A DNA stretch of 64,000 bases, taken from positions 16,588,150 through 16,652,149 of the forward strand of contig NC_134026.1 of assembly GCF_964204645.1 (NCBI RefSeq). Direction: 5' to 3'. The notes below the pieces were generated by a model. It saw only the letters and a program-made list of their open reading frames with translations. It did not search any database and was not told the DNA's origin. Within the stretch, counting starts at the first letter, position 1. Every line of letters starts with the position of its first letter. The DNA comes from Tubulanus polymorphus (taxonomy: Eukaryota > Animalia > Nemertea). Position numbers and translations under genes: made by a program. Shown here piece by piece: positions 25,701 to 38,143 of this stretch.

Positions 25701-26909
25701 AGTATACTATGACGGTTGAACCTTTATTCACACCAAAATAGAATCAAAGTAGTCATAAGTTCCATGATAGCACTTAATTTGGGTTATCAGGTTCAGCCTT
25801 ACTAGCTGTACTTTCATTCAGCTACTACTTTTGTATGAGACTTGGCAATGATAAGTTGGAAGAAATCACCAAATATAAGAAAAAATATTGAGAATTAATA
25901 TTACTGTAATTAAGAATTTATTCAAATGAAGTGATAATTTCATTGTTAGATCGTACCGGTATATGCGCATAAAACAAAAAACACATCTAACAATCCACGC
26001 AATCCGCAATCGATCAAGTCGAACATGACGACGACCTCAAGGCATGTCTCCGTAACCGAAGGTAGAGTCTAAAAGACGGTTCAGGACTCGGCAGCGGACA
26101 CCGGCCCGGAAAGAATTTCAAAACGTGTATTGTCGGTACCTAGCACGATTTCAGCGTTTTTCGGGAATTCCCTGAAATTTCGGCGTTTTTCGGAAATTCC
26201 CTGAAATTTCAGCGTTTTTATTTCAGCGTTTCAGCTTTTCAGTGTTTCAGCTTTTTCAGCGAAGTTCAGGAACCGGGCAGAGACTAATGTTTTTGCCGAC
26301 CGCGATGTTGCTGCTGCTCGAGAGCGAGACTACGCCGTGCCGATCCGCCGCCGCGCTGGCCGAGAAATTTTACGACTCTAACACGACTCTCATCGCAGTT
26401 TTTAGGGTCATTACTTTCGATTAAAAAAGCGTATTTCAGTGCTGCGGCTGGGAATTACTGCTGCGCGCGCGAGAGCGTAATTCTCAAGGATTCGAACCTG
26501 CGCGCCGACGAACCGCGTAGGGGCACCGGGCCGCGGCCGCGTTTTGTTATCATGAACTCGCCCCTGTTCTGTTGCTAAGGGAATTACAGCTATTTTCAAC
26601 TCGATCGATCAACGCGGTTCATCGTTTAACTATTCATCGACCCAATCTTGTTCGAAATTTCATGAAATAAATACATTCTGAAATAACCCGATCCATAAGT
26701 TACCGTATTTTAGTTAGTGGAATGCCGGATTTTAGCGTGACGTAATTCTACTTCCGATTTCCCCATGAACTTCAAACTGGACGTCAAGCGACGTCATTTT
26801 TTTCTGACTTTGTCAGCTAGTCCGAATCGGTTAAGAAGACACTTCGTAGTATCCACATATACGCGTTTGACAAAGGGACGTCCTCCGGGCGCCTTCGGCG
26901 CCCGTCTAT
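22726..26909. mobile_element. Composite insertion splitting integrase B; the outer element is unclassified and ends in a GC hairpin
   Basis: Integrase reads HSS|INMKP across the insertion; the right end has the hairpin CGGGCGCC-TTC-GGCGCCCG at ~26886-26905. Confidence 0.6.
23616..26275. mobile_element. Non-autonomous long-TIR element with 9-bp TSD (Mutator/foldback-like)
   Basis: TIRs 23616-23849 and 26042-26275 with internal GCTGAAA subrepeats; TSD GGCAGAGAC at 23607-23615 and 26276-26284. Confidence 0.85.
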
Positions 26910-27345
26910 AAATATGAAACCTATACAAGCTAGAAAAGAAGATAATTCGGAAATAGTTTGGAATAATTTATATGGTGCATTTGTTACACATGATTTTGGA
27001 GAACCAAAATTTAAAATCGGACAACATGTAAGAATATCCAAATATCGAAAAACATTTTATAAAGATTATAATCCTAATTTTACTTAAGAAATATTCAAAA
27101 TTAAAAAGATAATATTAACGAAACCATTTGTTTGTAAATTAGAAGATTCAAAAGATGAAGAAATATTAGGTTACTTTTATGAACAAGAATTATCACTTGT
27201 ACCAAATCCAGATGAAATAGAATACAAAATAGAAAAAGTATCAAAAACAAAAACATTACATGGTAAGAAATATTCTTTGGTGAAATACAAAGGGTATGAT
27301 GATAAATTTAATGAATGGATTTTATCTAGTAAAATTAATAGAATG
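26910..27345 (+). pseudogene. Polinton integrase copy B, C-terminal part with chromodomain
   Basis: MKPIQARKEDNSEIVWNNLYG...FKIGQHVRISK...YKIEKV...LVKYKGYDDKFNEWI. Confidence 0.88.
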
Positions 27346-27880
27346 TGAATAAAGATTTATTTATATTTGAACCACATAATATGTTAGTTACTGGAGTAAC
27401 CAACTGTGGTAAAACACATTTCATATTAGACTTATTAGAAACTATTTATAAGAATCATTTTGATAATATAACATCATTCTTTCCTACTTATGAAATGAAT
27501 AAAACATATAATAGAGATATACTTAAGATAAAAAAGTTTATTATATTAGATCCTAAAACAGTAAAAGAAAATTTAGATAATTGCATTAAAATAGCAATTG
27601 ATACTTATAAAGGATCAAATACATTATTCATTATAGATGATTGTGCAAATTTACATGATTCAAAAATTAGAGAACGTGAATTATGCTATTTAGCTTTTTC
27701 TGGGAGACATTTTGGGATAACAACATGGGTTTCAAATCAAAAATATAATTCAATTGTTAAAGATTTTAGGGAGAATATAAGATTTTTAGTTTTATTGTAC
27801 AATAAAGATAGAAAATCAATGCAACAATCATTAGAAGAGAATCAAATTATACCTACTGAATTACATGATGATTATATGAA
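27345..27880 (+). pseudogene. Packaging ATPase copy B (3'-truncated)
   Basis: GVTNCGKT, LFIIDD, GRHFGIT; closely similar to 7451-8059. Confidence 0.88.
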
Positions 27881-28082
27881 AGGCTGAATCCAAGAACATG
27901 TCTATCGCACTTTTGAGCCCAAACGTCTTCTTTTACTTAGTAGCCACTTGAGAACAATAAGCAATTAACGATATCGGCTACTTTTCCAGTAGTATACATT
28001 TCAAAACAGTCACTCTGAAATAGTATTCCTTTCAATTCGGTTGGTTTTCTATAGTGGCTGTTTCGAAGAGTCTACTATTGAA

Positions 28083-30706
28083 AAGTGACCATTTTGAAAC
28101 ATCTGGTTTCGATAGTGCACACTAGCAGTAGAGGTGACTGTAAAACCACCCGCCTGTTAACAGCGACTTTGTGATAGTAACTCCTACCATAGCAGCTACT
28201 CTCAAAACACATCGTTTCTAAAAGTCAACTATTGAAAAGTGACCATTTTGAGATCGCTTGCCAGATTCCCTGTTATAAATACACTGTAGCAACATATGCT
28301 TCAGATTTGCAGTGATACGTGACAATATAAACATACGGAAAACTCTACTCACGCTATAGTTTGGGGTATAGTTCTATTTAGAGTAACTCAGTTAAGATGT
28401 GAAGATATTGTAGATACTCTTTGAATGTGAAATGTAATGAGCGATTCCCAACTTTAACCAATAAAAGTCGAGATTGTAGTTAAATTTGTTTACAAATTGT
28501 CAATAGTTTAGTAGTTTTAAGATAAATCAAAATTTCCTTCTTTTCATTGCGATATAATTGAATAAAGATTTCAATTTGAACAAATGCAGCTATTTTCAAG
28601 CATAGGTCTGCATTTATTTTTGATTGAAATTCTAAGATTAAAAGCGCAATCATAAATTTAGGCTAACCTCTCATTATTGAAATGGTGGTTTATTTTCAAC
28701 GGGGGCCTGGATGTCTTTGCATCTTAAATTAAGATGTGCATTTCGGAGTTTTCGAATTTCCATGAATTCTAATTTCGCGAAATCATTGATTTTTTTAAAA
28801 CAAAATATGCTATATCCATGTGGATTTTAAACATTCTAAAGAAATCATCTAAATTGTGCCCATATTTGATCGAATTTAATAGAAGAAACTTTGTATGGTA
28901 TTCAAGATTTCATTTGGATTGCGGTAACGGCCTTTGGTGATCGTCCCTGTGGTCATGAATGAAGAAATCCCGTAATAGATTTTTAAATGAGATAAAATTT
29001 GTTAAAGGTAAAACCGCAACGTTTCGACTGTTGACTAACAGCCATCATCAGGTGGAATGGAGACATTCCTAGTGATAAGGGCTTTTAGTCAGATGGCTGT
29101 CAGTCAACAGCCGAAACGTTGTGGTTTAACTATAATATATTTCATGATACAAAATTCTATTGTGGAATTTCTTCATTTATCTACAGTTAACACGCTTTAG
29201 AGTATTTTCGACTTCTTCGGGTCCTGTAGTCCTTTAGATCAGAAAGTATTTACTAATCGGCAAAAAAGGGATATACAACCGTGTTCGTCGATATGAGAGG
29301 GATTCCCTGTATATCTGCACCTTGAACCGGTACCTTTGTTGGTTCTAGCCCGCATTCACTTCCAAATTCAAGTATTGGTAACGTTGGTTTACGATAATTT
29401 GAGAAAAAGAGTTTAGTTGGAGAAAACTGATAATTATCTTATAATTCAGCGATTCATTGGTTCATCGATTCAGCGAAGTTCAAACACCGTACATTTTGGC
29501 ATATTATTATATTGGCACTTTGAAATAAAGTTTCATAGAGATATTGCGGTGCTAAGTTTATTAATATTAAGAGGTAATTACTTTTGGTTCGGGGTATTTT
29601 GGTGGCCAATGCAGTTTGTTCACTCGTTCATCAATCACTGTCTAGTTAGCCAGTGTAATTGACCTGCTGACCGATAGCTGCTGCTGGGTTTTTGATAACG
29701 AATATAAACAATTTACTTAACAAAGTAGGAAAGTATGTGAAACTAGAATTACAGCCTATTGCATTTCTTTCACATCTTAAGCCAAAAGAAGTTTTCTCTA
29801 TGAACATCTCAACACTGCACTTTTATACGCTAATCGTTTGATCTTTTATAATAAGTTGGTAATTTCATTTCAACCAAACTGTATAACTACGAAATGAGAT
29901 TTTGATTATGGTATCACTTCTAGCGAGCGATATAACGATTCAATATCCATTAACGAAGAAGCAGAGAACAGCGTGACAAAGTGAACATCATATGGATTAC
30001 TTAATAATCGTTTGTATCGAAATAAACAATAAATTCAAGGTTAATTCTAAGTATTTTAGATACATTTTTTTCGTAATTCATTTTTTGAAAATATGATTTT
30101 ATTTGTATATTCCTCTCTCATATACCCTCAAAAACAAATTAAGGCTCAAAGACAAATTTATTTTTTTGTCTTTCTTTTCTACAAAATCAAAGATTTACGA
30201 ACGCACCAGAATGTTTTAGAATCGCAAATGTAAAACAAAAATCTTAAAATTCTAAGAATTCTAGGACTGGCACTATATTTTGGTATTAATGGATTTAACC
30301 CATGATGATGTTACATGAATCAATAGTTTTCCATTTTGTTGAGCGTAATATAATTTAGGGGATTCTTAGCATCTCAAAAACTTTGATTTTCTATTCACAG
30401 AACTGTATTCAAAGCATACAGAGTTCTGTATACACAGCATATAGGGTTTAACAGTACCTTTGAACATGTCACGTATCACTGCAAATCTTTAACAGATGCT
30501 GCTATTTTGAACAGGAAATAACCATGCCTTCTCAAAGTGGTCACTTTTCAATAGTTGACTTTTAGAAACGATGTGTTTTGAGAGTAGCTGCTATGGTAGG
30601 AGTTACTATCACAAAGTCACTGTTAACAAGCGGGTGGTTTTACAGTCACCTCTCACCTCTACTGCAGTGTGCACTATCGAAACCAGATGTTTCAAAATGG
30701 TCACTT
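28083..30706. mobile_element. Foldback-like element with ~170-bp inverted arms
   Basis: 28083-28252 is the reverse complement of 30530-30706; built from short AAGTGACCATTTTGA-like units. Confidence 0.7.
29011..29130. ncRNA. Penelope-type inverted repeat remnant with a hammerhead (minus strand 29017-29053)
   Basis: Minus strand CCTGATGATGGCTGTTAGTCAACAGTCGAAACGTTG; partial inverted copy GATGGCTGTCAGTCAACAGCCGAAACGTTG on the plus strand. Confidence 0.7.
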
Positions 30707-30809
30707 ATCTATACTTATGGTAAGTTATTTATACTATATTTAAATATTATTTTAATAAAATATATATATATTGTGTTAAATTTAATGTAGAATACAAATA
30801 TTATATTTA

Positions 30810-31559
30810 TACTCATACTATTCTTCCAATCATTTCATTGAATTTTGGATTTATAACTTTTGGATTTTCTATGACATTTTCTGTACCAATATGGTAAATT
30901 GCGTATTTATGATTCAATTGTTTGTCATATATTACATATTCTGTACATTTTTCACAGCAAGATTTAAATACCTGTATTGCATGGGATGAATCATTTCCAC
31001 CTTTGGTTTATAATTTATAATGTTTTGACCAATTAGCCTTTATTATACATTCATTACAGAAGGCGCAATAATTTTGATCTTTGCATTTATCTTTATATAT
31101 ATATCAGCATATATTTTTACTAATTGTAAAATATGTTCATCTTTTTTGACGTGCGATAGATAATCATTATTATTATTATTATAATCTTCTTCATAATACA
31201 TACATCTAATTATATCTTCTATTTTAGATTCAATATTATCTTCTATTTTAGTTTCATTATTAGCTTCTATTTCAGTATCAATATTATCTTCTTTTTTTTT
31301 GTTTCAATATTATCTCCTATTTATGTTTCAATATTGTAATTATTAGATGTAGAAGGTATATTATCTATATTATCATTATTATTATCTTTTTATTTATATC
31401 ATTATAACGTTCAATTAAATATTCTTTGTATTGATTTAAATCATTTAATAAAAATGTTCCAATATATTCATTTATTCTTTTATAAGGTATTACATAATAC
31501 AAATCATCATTGATTTCTTTATCATCTTTGATTCTTTCATATAACTTACCTGCCTCCAT
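30810..31559 (-). pseudogene. Polinton hypothetical protein with Cys motifs
   Basis: TAAATG start MEAGKLYERIK; later YCAFCNEC and SCCEKC in shifted frames. Confidence 0.45.
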
Positions 31560-31596
31560 TTATTATATAAATTTTTATTAAAACTAAAACTGAAAG

Positions 31597-32782
31597 ATAT
31601 AATATAAATGTGCATTTTGAAATTTAAGCTTCCTTTCTTCTTAGTCATGAATAATTGTATTCCATCTTTTGTATTTTGTAATTTTTTACCAGAACCATGT
31701 AATGAATTATCCTCTGTTGTTCTAAAATCTAACCATAATGCGTATTTATTGGCGGTATAATAATCAATTTGATTAATATTACAATTTTCAGATGATTTAT
31801 GTTTTTCATTCATAAAATGTTTTCTAATTTCTGGCCATTGATCTATCATTCTCATTCCTTGACAGAATATTTTATTTGCTATTCCTTCAATTGTTATTTC
31901 TACTTTTGTTATTTCAGGATTATAATACTTATCAACCTGTATTGCACCATTAGAATATGTTGTAATGGTAAAAAATATTAATATACCTTTAATAGATCTC
32001 CTTGGGAAGTAGATATTCTCATTGATTATTTCATCACTTGCATTAATAGTTACAGTTTTAAATTTATCAATATAATCATATAATAATGAAAATCCTTGAT
32101 TGTATTGAGTTTGAATTATACTTGAAATATTTTCATCAGTTACTGTGTCATATTCTAAACATATATTGGATAATTTATAACCCATATCTACATAATACAA
32201 TTTCATCAACAGGAGCAAATGTTATTTGAAATATAATATCTTCTTGAATTGCGTATTTATATAAAGGTGCATTATTATTTATCAATTCAAAGTCTAATGG
32301 AATTTTATATTTGCTTCCATAAATCTTTTTTATCAAATTATCTATAGCATTAGTTATTTTTGCATTCTGATCTTCTGATCTTAATTTATTATGGTTTTCT
32401 GATTGGATGCCTTGAAATATCATATTATTTCTATTTTCTTTTGCTAACCATAAATCTTTGTAATGCATAAATAGGTTGTAATCATCTAATGAGAAAACTG
32501 TTTACGGACCAATCTTTATAGTTAATCAATTTTAATCAAATATCTTCCAACATTATCAACAACATAATTATTATCATGGCCAGTTACTTTTATATCAGCT
32601 GATAAATAAATACTATTAGGAACATAAAAAGTATGTTGTGTTAATCGAGGAATTCTAACATATAAAGTTTCATTGGGATTAATATTAGAAGGGTTATTAG
32701 TAATCATATGATGAGATCTTTCTGCTTTAATAGCATTAGATATTCTAGAATTCTTAGAAGGATTTATATAACTCCCACTCAT
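31597..32782 (-). pseudogene. Major capsid protein, copy C (frameshifted, C-terminus lost)
   Basis: Three ORF pieces nearly identical to 5046-6240. Confidence 0.85.
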
Positions 32783-32805
32783 TTATTGAACAAAAAATTA
32801 ATTAT

Positions 32806-33217
32806 TCATTTTTTATCATATTCACTTACCAAAAAAATAATAGCACTTATAACTGTAATTAAAAATAAAATAATATGTTCCGAAGCAAAGTTAAGAGTAT
32901 TCCCAGCAGATTTTAAAACAAAACCAACAATTGATGCAATAATTCCTGGTAATGCTGCAGCAGATTTTTTAGATAGTTCCCATAAATATTTTGCTAATTT
33001 TTTTAATCCATCTTTCACTTTATCTTGTATAGAATTATTATCATTTAGGGGTTTATCCGGTTTATTTGGAGTAGGCGAAGAATTTAATGAATTTGATATT
33101 GCTAAACCTATTGTTGTAAATAACATAGTTACAGCTGTTAGAATTGAAAGAATTGTGATACCTTCTAGTTTAAATAATAATCTTATTCTATCTTTCAATG
33201 ATATTTCAGAATTTAAT
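32806..33217 (-). pseudogene. Protein Y C-terminus, copy C
   Basis: NSEISLKDRIRLLFKLEGITILSILTAVTM...KKSAAALPG. Confidence 0.85.
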
Positions 33218-33300
33218 GTTAAGTGCGATTCATACGTTTGATAATCAATGTTACGCAAACTACATAATAAGCCATAAGCTACTTAAAATATGATACTTAC

Positions 33301-33423
33301 ATCGACACCCCTTGTACGAAACAAGTCCTTGTGGACATATGCATTTATGTCTGCCATGAACAGGTAGAAGATTTACGCACTTTCCTCCTAGCGCACATGG
33401 TGTTCCAGTACATTCGTCCACAT
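33301..33423 (-). CDS. Host VWA/EGF gene: calcium-binding EGF exon
   Basis: ttctttag|ATGTGGAC...GTCGAT|gtaagt; 123 nt; DVDECTGTPCALGGKCVNL...HKCICPQG...GC. Confidence 0.9.
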
Positions 33424-34213
33424 CTAAAGAATGTAGGCATATCAAAAATAGATCTTACGATTTACAATACATCTTCAATCCCAAACCTGTATGTCATTGA
33501 TGACAATCTATACCCTTTATTCGAAGACCGGAGAGCAAAAGCCTTATGCATCCATCGTGTTCAGTTATTTATGCCAATCACTAATTAATCAGTTAAAGCC
33601 GGAAATTAAAAAAAATATGAAATGGCGTCCTGTGATAGTAAACTTTGACACTAATGACCTTGATATTCAGCACAATAATGCGCAAGCATGCCATAGTCTA
33701 CACTACACATGAAGAAGTGTAAGGTACGAGATATAACAAGCCGACTACGAAAAACAAGACTGATTTAAAACGTCGGATAAATAATACCTTCCCAAAGTAT
33801 ATTGCATTTAAAAATGTCAAACTACAAGTATAAGGAAGGTAAAGATCTAAGAATTCAGAACAGTGACCTTTCTGTGCACAAAAAGTTTCAGGACATCCAT
33901 CTTGTGGAATAAACTACCCCCGATTAAAAATATTTCACCGTGGCTTGAGAACTTTATCTTGATCCCAACAAGTCACTAGTTTCAGTGCGTGCGACAGGAC
34001 GGATTAGATGATTAGATGTTCAAAGGCAGGTCGGCGGCCTTCAATATCAGGAATTTTACATTATCTTCCTAATCGGCAACCATCGACCTTAGCTTTCACT
34101 GTGTAAAAGGTTTCTCAATAAGCCTTGCATTAGGGATTATTATCCAATTCAATATATAAAATCGATGTGTACAATTATAAATGGAGTTTGAATTCGTCTA
34201 AAATGATGTTTAC

Positions 34214-34267
34214 CTACGCAAGTATTTCCTGAACCGTCATCAACCGAACCGAACGCACATTCGGTAT
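34214..34267 (-). CDS. Host VWA/EGF gene: 54-nt Cys linker exon 1
   Basis: tctttttcag|ATACCGAA...TGCGTAG|gtaaac; encodes DTECAFGSVDDGSGNTCV and joins in frame to DVDEC. Confidence 0.8.
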   Translation of the reverse strand: MPNVRSVRLMTVQEILA

Positions 34268-34430
34268 CTGAAAAAGACAGAAAAGATCCAAACGAAAACA
34301 TTCATATTCATTCATATCAAATGAAATGACCGGTGGTGAAGATCGGCGGTCCGACTTCACACTCGGCTATCATATCTAACCAAATTGATCCAGAGATTCT
34401 ATCTCAATCAATCGAAGGATTGAAACTTAC

Positions 34431-34979
34431 CTGAATGTATTCTACTTTCGATTTTCTTTACAAATGATGTTATTGTGAAGCTCATCAGAATGATGGGTAG
34501 CTCAATAATGTATACACTTGGCAATGCCATGCGTAATATATCATTAGATGATAGTGGGGAAAGGCTGTAGATGGACACTTCCTTCTTCCACAAATTTAAA
34601 ATTTCGTCGCGGGTTGCAGAAAAATCGGTTGCATAACCACTTCCAACAATGATCAACACTTTCTTGGCATCTTCTCGAACACCGAATTGGAATATTTCAC
34701 TTGTTGCAAATGAAAGTGCAGAGTCTAGTCTGGAACTTTGGCCTATCCATGTCCATTTGGCCATAGATCGCAGGATGTCCTCTGTATTGTCGTAAGTGTC
34801 TAGATAAGCGCTGACCTCGGGCATGGAAGAATAGATGGAAACAGAGATATGGTTCCCAGTTAACGAGGCTTGGAACACTCTCACTAAATCCTTGGTTAAT
34901 TCGAATAACGACTGCCATTGGCTGCGAGATACACCCTCCGATGCATCAAGCATGATAGCTATATCCAATTTATTGGCCG
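34431..34979 (-). CDS. Host VWA/EGF gene: VWA domain exon 1
   Basis: tcttttag|CGGCC...ATTCAG|gtaagt; 549 nt; KLDIAIMLDASEGV, ISVSIYSS, GVREDAKKVLIIVGSG. Confidence 0.9.
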
Positions 34980-35071
34980 CTAAAAGAGATTCATAAACAG
35001 ATCGTGAACTTAGAAAACTGAAATAAATGTAAGGATAGAAGAATAAAAACGCCGCGTTGACCGCAACTTAC

Positions 35072-35130
35072 CGTGACTGTTAGATACCAAGATAGTGGCC
35101 ACCAGTGTAGATAACACAACAATGAAATAC
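35072..35130 (-). CDS. Host VWA/EGF gene: signal-peptide exon
   Basis: ttttgaaag|GTATTTC...GTCACG|gtaagt; encodes YFIVVLSTLVATILVSNSH in frame with VWA exon 1; the start-codon exon was not located. Confidence 0.72.
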
Positions 35131-35170
35131 CTTTCAAAATGTAAACTGAATTAACTTGATATTCGATATA

Positions 35171-35408
35171 AGTAATTGTAAATATGCGTATTCAAATCAA
35201 AGGTCGAAGGTGGTAAATTAGAAAATGAAAATATAATCAATTTTTAATCATAATTGAAACAATATTTAAAATATATTGATTACTTCACGTCCGCTCAGTA
35301 ATCAATCAATATGTTTTAAATTTTGTGCCAATTATGATTAAAAATTAATAATATTTTCATATTTTCTAATTTCAACCTTTGATTTGAAAACGTATATTTA
35401 CAATTACT
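35171..35408. repeat. 238-bp imperfect AT-rich palindrome
   Basis: AGTAATTGTAAATAT...ATATTTACAATTACT arms around the loop TTCACGTCCGCTCA. Confidence 0.85.
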
Positions 35409-35492
35409 CTAATAGTTCCATATATATGAATTTCATATTTATGAAATTTGATATTTCTAAAATATATTCTAAGAAAAAATTTGTATATTAAA

Positions 35493-35820
35493 ATGGAGAG
35501 TAAACAAGTACATTGCGAAAACAACTAATCAATTTTAGCTAGAATTAAAGATACTACAAGTGCTAGATCTGTAGATTATTATTAACAGAACTAACAATTT
35601 ATAAGAAATATTTAATTACAAATATTGAAACAATTACTAACGGATATGGTAATAAATTAGTGATACATTTAGAATATGAAAAATTAAAAGGAAATAAATA
35701 TAAATTTAGAACGTATTTACCAGATAGATTTTATAGATTATCTAGTGAAGATATTGATTGATTTCTATTTCATATATAAAAGTAAGAATGAAAAAGGAAG
35801 TCATGATATTGATTTTAAAT
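35493..35820 (+). pseudogene. Copy D homolog of the small 10115-10441 protein
   Basis: NGYGNKLVIHLEY...FRTYLPDRF aligns with TKYGDKISANLSY...FKVFLPDKW. Confidence 0.55.
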
Positions 35821-35858
35821 AAGATAAAATTTATTTCAATAAAACATTTGTTTTTAAA

Positions 35859-36653
<795 letters not shown>

Positions 36654-36793
36654 GAAGATATAAGATTCAGATATATATATATATCTGAATCTTATATCTT
36701 CTTCAGTCTCAAGTCTCAAACACTACGTCAGAGTTCCGTATAATGGATGGTGGATGAACCGACGGCAGATTAACGCTTTCTACCAAGTTCCCT

Positions 36794-38140
36794 ATGCCGC
36801 AGCCAAGCACACACTTGACCAGATCACAGGGTAGGCAAAATATACGACCAACTTCACCGCAGAAACTACAACCGCAATCACCGCAACAATCGCAACAAAC
36901 GCCACAACAACCGCAACCGCCACAACCACAAGCATCGTCAAGCTCAACACTGGATATATCAGCACCAGCAGCTGAGATATCAACATCGTCATGGATACAA
37001 AGGTGCCTAGATTACCAGTTTTCGAAGGTAAAAACGCGTACATTTGGTGGTCCCGATGGGATGGATACACCACTGCAAACAATTACACGGACGCACATAA
37101 GCTTAAGAAACTTTCCAGGGGATAACACATATGTCTGGTATATGGGCCTTAGTGACGAAGCCACATGGGCAAATTTGAAAAAGGCATTTGAGAAAAGATA
37201 TTTACCCCAGCGAATCAATCTAAATCTATTTAATGACAGTCAAAAGAATGAATCCGCACACGAATTCATGAACCAGCCGAAACGAACAGACGACCTACAA
37301 TCATCAGCATACTCGGCTGCAACTCAGACAACAGCAACAACAACCGAGTTACCAGAACCAATCTATGCACTATCAACCGCGACAACATCAACAACCAAAA
37401 GCACGACAGAGCCAACACCGACATGGTCTACCACAGCTACATCGACAGAAACATTGCAGAAGATGCGGAGCGGGTAAGTCATGTTTTCCACACGATAGGT
37501 TATGCCCTGTATTAGGAAAGTTATATTCATTCAATAATTTATGAGTAACAACAGCTGTAGGTTTAGAGCAAATTCATAGTTCCTGGTATCGTTGATAAAC
37601 TCAGTTTGAACCGAACTAATTCAGCCGTGAAAACCATTCAGTTTTGGGTCGCCAGTTCTCCATAAATCATTGTTTTAATATCAGATCAGCATATGGTTTT
37701 CACAATAGTTTCAGTTGCTACCAGGGACTATAATCACTGAATTAATAAATTTTCATATTGGGAATTCATATAGTTGGTGCTCGCCCGACGTGGCAGTACT
37801 GCGACGTGGCAGTTTCGTGGCAGTTTCGCGAGTGCCTATATAAGGGAGGTCCCTGAAACAGAGACAGAAAGAGAGGGAGAGACAGAAAGAGTGAGAACAC
37901 CGGAACTGGAACAGCCATAAGCAGTAGAAAAATAAAAGCGTAATATCAACTGGAGGAGAGTCTTTTCAACTTTCCATTTACTATCACTCTGCTTGGCGAC
38001 ATTTATGTCAACGATACGGTCATTATCACAACATCTGTGGCAACCAACAAAATTATTACTAGGGGTGCGCGCCTATCCGTAAACCCTGTGTTTCTTCGGA
38101 TGGGCACCACACAGCCAACATTGCCCTGACAACTGAAGCA
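36794..38140 (+). pseudogene. gag remnant
   Basis: WYMGLSDEATWANLKKAFEKRY (retrotransposon gag helix); CRRCG and CQRYGHYHNIC knuckle split by an insertion. Confidence 0.65.
37482..38001 (+). mobile_element. Possible solo LTR inserted in gag
   Basis: TG...CA ends, TATA box CCTATATAAG (~37836) and AATAAA (~37931); no clear TSD. Confidence 0.4.
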
Positions 38141-38143
38141 TCG

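Larger units (their letters stand above)
30707..33217 (-). mobile_element. Polinton-like copy C (Y C-terminus, MCP, Cys-rich ORF), inverted
   Basis: Minus-strand homologs of 4570-6240; starts about 85 bp from a host exon donor site. Confidence 0.88.

Noticed and set aside
32806-33258. Intact 150-aa gene
   Set aside because: The N-terminal codons come from the host intron; it is a truncated protein Y fragment.
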